Of a stretch of DNA of 24,916 nt, positions 21,806-24,916 are shown in pieces. A program made the position numbers and the translations under genes. The stretch covers positions 1 through 24,916 of the IMG/VR virus record IMGVR_UViG_3300037515_000383; one strand, given 5' to 3'. This stretch comes from a virus. Lineage: Duplodnaviria > Caudoviricetes. Within the stretch, counting starts at the first letter, position 1. The number at the start of each line of letters is the position of its first letter. The notes under the pieces were generated by a model, which searched no databases, was not told the DNA's origin, and saw only the letters and a program-made list of their open reading frames with translations.

Positions 21806-22611
21806 ACGATATGGCTGACCAGACATCAACCGCCGTGGCCCCGCTTGAGGAGGGCCAAGTACCGGCCCCCGCCGAGGCGACAACAATCCTGCTAGTGATC
21901 GAGCGGGCCGCGCAGAATCCTAACGTCGATATCGACAAGATGGAACGGCTCCTCCAAATGCACGAGCGCATCATGGCCCGACAGGCCGAGGCTGATTTCA
22001 ACGCAGCCATGATGGAGGCGCAATCGGAGATGCAGCGCGTTGCGGCGGACGCGGCCAACCCGCAGACCCGAAGCAAGTACGCTTCCTACGCGGCCCTCGA
22101 CAGGGCCCTCCGGCCCATCTATACGCGCCACGGCTTTGCCGTCTCCTTCGACACCGAGCCCGCAGAGGGGGAGGCCATCACGGTTGTCGCCCACGTCTCC
22201 CACCGCAACGGCTTCACCCGGACTCACCGGGCCATCATGCCGGCCGATGGTAAGGGGGCGAAGGGCGGCGACGTTATGACCAAGACCCATGCGGTCGGGT
22301 CAGCCATGACCTACGGGATGCGCTATCTCCTCAAGCTCGCCTTCAACATTGCGACGGGTGAGGACGACGATGACGACGGCAACGCGGCGGGACGGGAACC
22401 GATCACAGCAGCGCAGAAAGAACAGATCATCGGGCTCATCCGCGAGACCGAGACGGACACCGCGAAATTCTGCGCCTACATGAAGGTGGCGTCCGTGGAC
22501 GAGATCAGGGCCGAGGATTTCGGCCGCGCCATCGAAGCGATCAACCTCACTTGGGAGGCGAAGAAGAAGAAACGCGCCGCCGAGGCCGCGAAGGAGACGA
22601 CCGATGCCTGA
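21802..22611 (+). CDS. erf: ERF-family single-strand annealing protein
   Basis: SKYA......RP....HGFAVSF, H..G, GSAMTYGMRY.L...FNI..GEDDD; start 21802 or 21811. Confidence 0.88.
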   Translation: MNDMADQTSTAVAPLEEGQVPAPAEATTILLVIERAAQNPNVDIDKMERLLQMHERIMARQAEADFNAAMMEAQSEMQRVAADAANPQTRSKYASYAALDRALRPIYTRHGFAVSFDTEPAEGEAITVVAHVSHRNGFTRTHRAIMPADGKGAKGGDVMTKTHAVGSAMTYGMRYLLKLAFNIATGEDDDDDGNAAGREPITAAQKEQIIGLIRETETDTAKFCAYMKVASVDEIRAEDFGRAIEAINLTWEAKKKKRAAEAAKETTDA

Positions 22612-23248
22612 AATCGTACAGGGCAGCCTCGAATGGGTACAGGCCAGGCTCGGCAAGGTCACGGCCTCTCGGGTCGCGGACGTGATCGCCAAGACCAAGA
22701 CGGGATGGGGCGCATCCCGCAAGAACTACATGGCCGAGCTGATCGCGGAACGCCTCACCGGCCAGCCTGGCGACACCTACACCAATGCGGCGATGCAATG
22801 GGGGCTCGATACAGAACCGCAGGCCCGCGCGGCCTACGAATTCTTCCGCGATGCAACGGTGGAGGAAGTCGGGTTTGTCGAGCACCCCACGATCCCGATG
22901 ACCGGGGCTTCACCAGATGGTCTGGTCGGCGAGAATGGCCTTGTCGAGATCAAGTGCCCCAACACGGCCACCCACATCGACACGCTCCTATCTGAAACCA
23001 TCCCGGCGAAATACGTCACGCAGATGCAGTTCCAAATGGCGTGCGTTGGCCGGAAGTGGTGCGACTACGTTTCCTTCGACCCGAGGATGCCGGAGCACCT
23101 TCGCCTGTTCGTCAAGCGGGTCGAGCACGACGATGCCAAGGTAAAGGAGTTGGAAGCGGCAGTGCTCGAATTCCTGGCCGAGCTTGACGCCACGCTCAAC
23201 AAGCTGGCGAAGGTGGCCGAGCCGCCGCCAATCCTGATGGCGGGCTAA
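22604..23248 (+). CDS. YqaJ/lambda-type exonuclease
   Basis: QGS.EW..AR.G.VTAS, AMQWG...EP.AR, GASPDGLV, VEIKCP and Y..QMQ.QM motifs. Confidence 0.95.
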   Translation: MPEIVQGSLEWVQARLGKVTASRVADVIAKTKTGWGASRKNYMAELIAERLTGQPGDTYTNAAMQWGLDTEPQARAAYEFFRDATVEEVGFVEHPTIPMTGASPDGLVGENGLVEIKCPNTATHIDTLLSETIPAKYVTQMQFQMACVGRKWCDYVSFDPRMPEHLRLFVKRVEHDDAKVKELEAAVLEFLAELDATLNKLAKVAEPPPILMAG

Positions 23249-23252
23249 GACG

Positions 23253-23768
23253 ATGCCCGGGCTCCCGATCATCTACGAGGCAACGGAGGACGGCCTTGTG
23301 CCCCTGCCCCGGTTCCAGAACCTCTATGCGGCCGAATTCACGCCGGGCGGCCTCTACAAGATGGCAGAAGTGGAGGACCGCGACATGCGCTCGCACCGGC
23401 ATTTCTTCGCCTCCGTCCGGGAAGTCTGGATGAATCTTCCCGAGCAATTGGCCGCGCGCTTCCCCAGTCCGGATCATTTACGGAAATGGTGTCTGATCGA
23501 GGAAGGCTATTGCAAGTATGTCGAATTCGCCTGCAAGGACGCGAAAGCCGCCCGCATCGCCGCCGCATCGGTGCGGGCCGCGGACCAATACGCCGTCATC
23601 AAGATCGACCGTGACGTGGTGCGCATCTGGACGGCCGAATCGCAGTCTGTCCGGGCGATGGGCAAGGAGCGGTTCCAGAAGTCGAAGTGGGACGCACTCA
23701 ACCGTCTTGCCGCCATGGTGGGGGTGAGCGCGAAGGAACTACGAGAGAACGCGGGGGAGGCGGCCTAG
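23253..23768 (+). CDS. DUF1367/NinB-like recombination accessory protein
   Basis: R..RSHRHFFA, HLRKW.LI..GY and SQS..AM....F motifs; follows the exonuclease. Confidence 0.65.
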   Translation: MPGLPIIYEATEDGLVPLPRFQNLYAAEFTPGGLYKMAEVEDRDMRSHRHFFASVREVWMNLPEQLAARFPSPDHLRKWCLIEEGYCKYVEFACKDAKAARIAAASVRAADQYAVIKIDRDVVRIWTAESQSVRAMGKERFQKSKWDALNRLAAMVGVSAKELRENAGEAA

Positions 23769-23769
23769 G

Positions 23770-24114
23770 ATGGCGGGCGCTTACATAACCAAGATTGCGC
23801 GGGATATCGGCAACCGGCACCCGGGCCTTAAAGATGGCATTGGAGTCGAGGGCATCGCCATTGTCATTGAGGAAGCATTTGATGCGCACGGCATAGTCCA
23901 GCGATTGGCAGAACGCTTAAGCGACCGATCCGCCCGCCGTTTCGAGCAGTTCGATCCATATCAGGGGTACAGCGAGAAAATGCGCGAGTTCGCGGAAGAT
24001 ATGGACCTCTGGACGCTTGAACAAGTGATTGTGCGCGTCATGTGCGAGATCGACCGCAAGAGGCGCCGCAACCACGATGTGCGCGCTATGGCCGAGCAGC
24101 GTGGTATTACATGA
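23770..24114 (+). CDS. Hypothetical protein, 114 aa
   Basis: Fills the gap; ATGA-coupled downstream; more AT-ending codons than neighbours. Confidence 0.65.
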   Translation: MAGAYITKIARDIGNRHPGLKDGIGVEGIAIVIEEAFDAHGIVQRLAERLSDRSARRFEQFDPYQGYSEKMREFAEDMDLWTLEQVIVRVMCEIDRKRRRNHDVRAMAEQRGIT

Positions 24115-24470
24115 TCCTCCCTCGCCGCAGGAAGCCGCCCAAGATGGGCTCCCGCGAGCCTCCGCAATTGCGCTCGCCCTCGCACCTTGCCTGGGTAAGA
24201 GGCCACGAGTGCGCCATCAAGAACTGCGATGGGCATGTTTGCTCGGGCAAGATCGAGGCGGCGCACGTCAGGACGGGAACCGATGGCGGGACAGGGGTGA
24301 AGCCCTCGGATCGGTACACCATCCCGTTGTGCGGGGCTGCCCATGATCTACAGCACCGGATAGGAGAGCCACGCTTCGAGAGACGCTACCGCATCAACAT
24401 GAAGCAGATGGCCGATGAACTATGGCTGCGCTCCCCGGCGCGGCAAAGGATGGAGAGGCTGCATCGATGA
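24111..24470 (+). CDS. DUF968/HNHc-like putative nuclease
   Basis: RS..HLAWVR...C, IEAAHVR, G.G.KP.D...IPLC...H..QH..GE; start ATG 24111. Confidence 0.82.
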   Translation: MILPRRRKPPKMGSREPPQLRSPSHLAWVRGHECAIKNCDGHVCSGKIEAAHVRTGTDGGTGVKPSDRYTIPLCGAAHDLQHRIGEPRFERRYRINMKQMADELWLRSPARQRMERLHR

Positions 24471-24820
24471 CGACGTTGATGCCCCCCCCGCCACGCCGGT
24501 CGCCGGGATCGCAGATCCACTTCGCGGTGGCCAAGACGCCCGAGGGCCCGATGCTGTTCTATCGGTGGCTCTCGCCCGCCGACAGGCGCCCGTCGCATTG
24601 GTCGGCGGTCGCGCTCGAGGACATGCCCGTGGTCCTCCCCGTCCTCGGCAAGGCAGGGTGGACGCTCACGCTCGCCCATGTCCCGCCGCCGACCGAGGGG
24701 ATGGCGTATCGGTGGGAGACGGCGGGCGGGCGGGCCCACGGCGGCATGATCCGCGCCGAGACGATGATGGCTTCGACGCCGGAATCCCCCTTCGTGCTCT
24801 ACGTGCCGGGGGTCGGGTGA
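24467..24820 (+). CDS. Hypothetical protein, 117 aa
   Basis: ATGA-coupled; GGAGAGG upstream. Confidence 0.6.
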   Translation: MTTLMPPPPRRSPGSQIHFAVAKTPEGPMLFYRWLSPADRRPSHWSAVALEDMPVVLPVLGKAGWTLTLAHVPPPTEGMAYRWETAGGRAHGGMIRAETMMASTPESPFVLYVPGVG

Positions 24821-24916
24821 TGGCCGGCGATCCCTACATCGAGGTCGATCTCACCGTGGTCGAGATTCGCGACCGCTCGGTGCGCGTCGAGACCGAGGAC
24901 GGGACCACCGCCTTCG
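24820..24916 (+). CDS. 5' part of a hypothetical protein (MAGDPYIEVDLTVVEIRD...), truncated by the window edge
   Basis: TGATG coupling; frame open to the end. Confidence 0.6.
   Translation, partial: MAGDPYIEVDLTVVEIRDRSVRVETEDGTTAF

Larger units (their letters stand above)
1..24916. mobile_element. Temperate phage/prophage segment (P22-like head module, lambdoid switch, replication and recombination modules); ends not in window
   Basis: terS-terL-portal-scaffold-coat, divergent cI/cro with operators, DnaB/initiator and ERF/exonuclease; no host housekeeping genes seen. Confidence 0.97.

Overview
A ~25 kb internal segment of a high-GC temperate phage or prophage with P22-like head genes and a lambdoid layout. 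The host is probably an alphaproteobacterium, inferred from a GapR/DUF2312-like gene. The minus strand runs cro, CII-position genes, GapR-like, RuvC-like, isolated DnaA domain IV, MT-A70 methyltransferase, DnaB, DUF1376-type initiator, putative late regulator, a lower-GC accessory hotspot, a small structural cassette, terS, intein-containing terL, portal, a second structural cassette, scaffold and coat. The plus strand runs a peptidase-less cI, two small wHTH-like genes, ERF, YqaJ exonuclease, DUF1367-like and DUF968/HNH-like genes. I see no integrase, lysis cassette, tRNA or CRISPR array. The most unusual observations are: (1) a ~480-bp cassette bounded by 15-bp inverted repeats, plus two related antisense ORFs overprinted on accessory genes, at 12.0-13.2 kb; (2) two parallel adaptor/repeat-fibre modules inserted in the head operon; (3) late-gene junctions where TAG stops are consistently in frame with the next gene; (4) a single-LAGLIDADG intein in the terL P-loop; (5) a 3xHxH tail on the portal. 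All family names come from motif recognition by eye, not from database searches.
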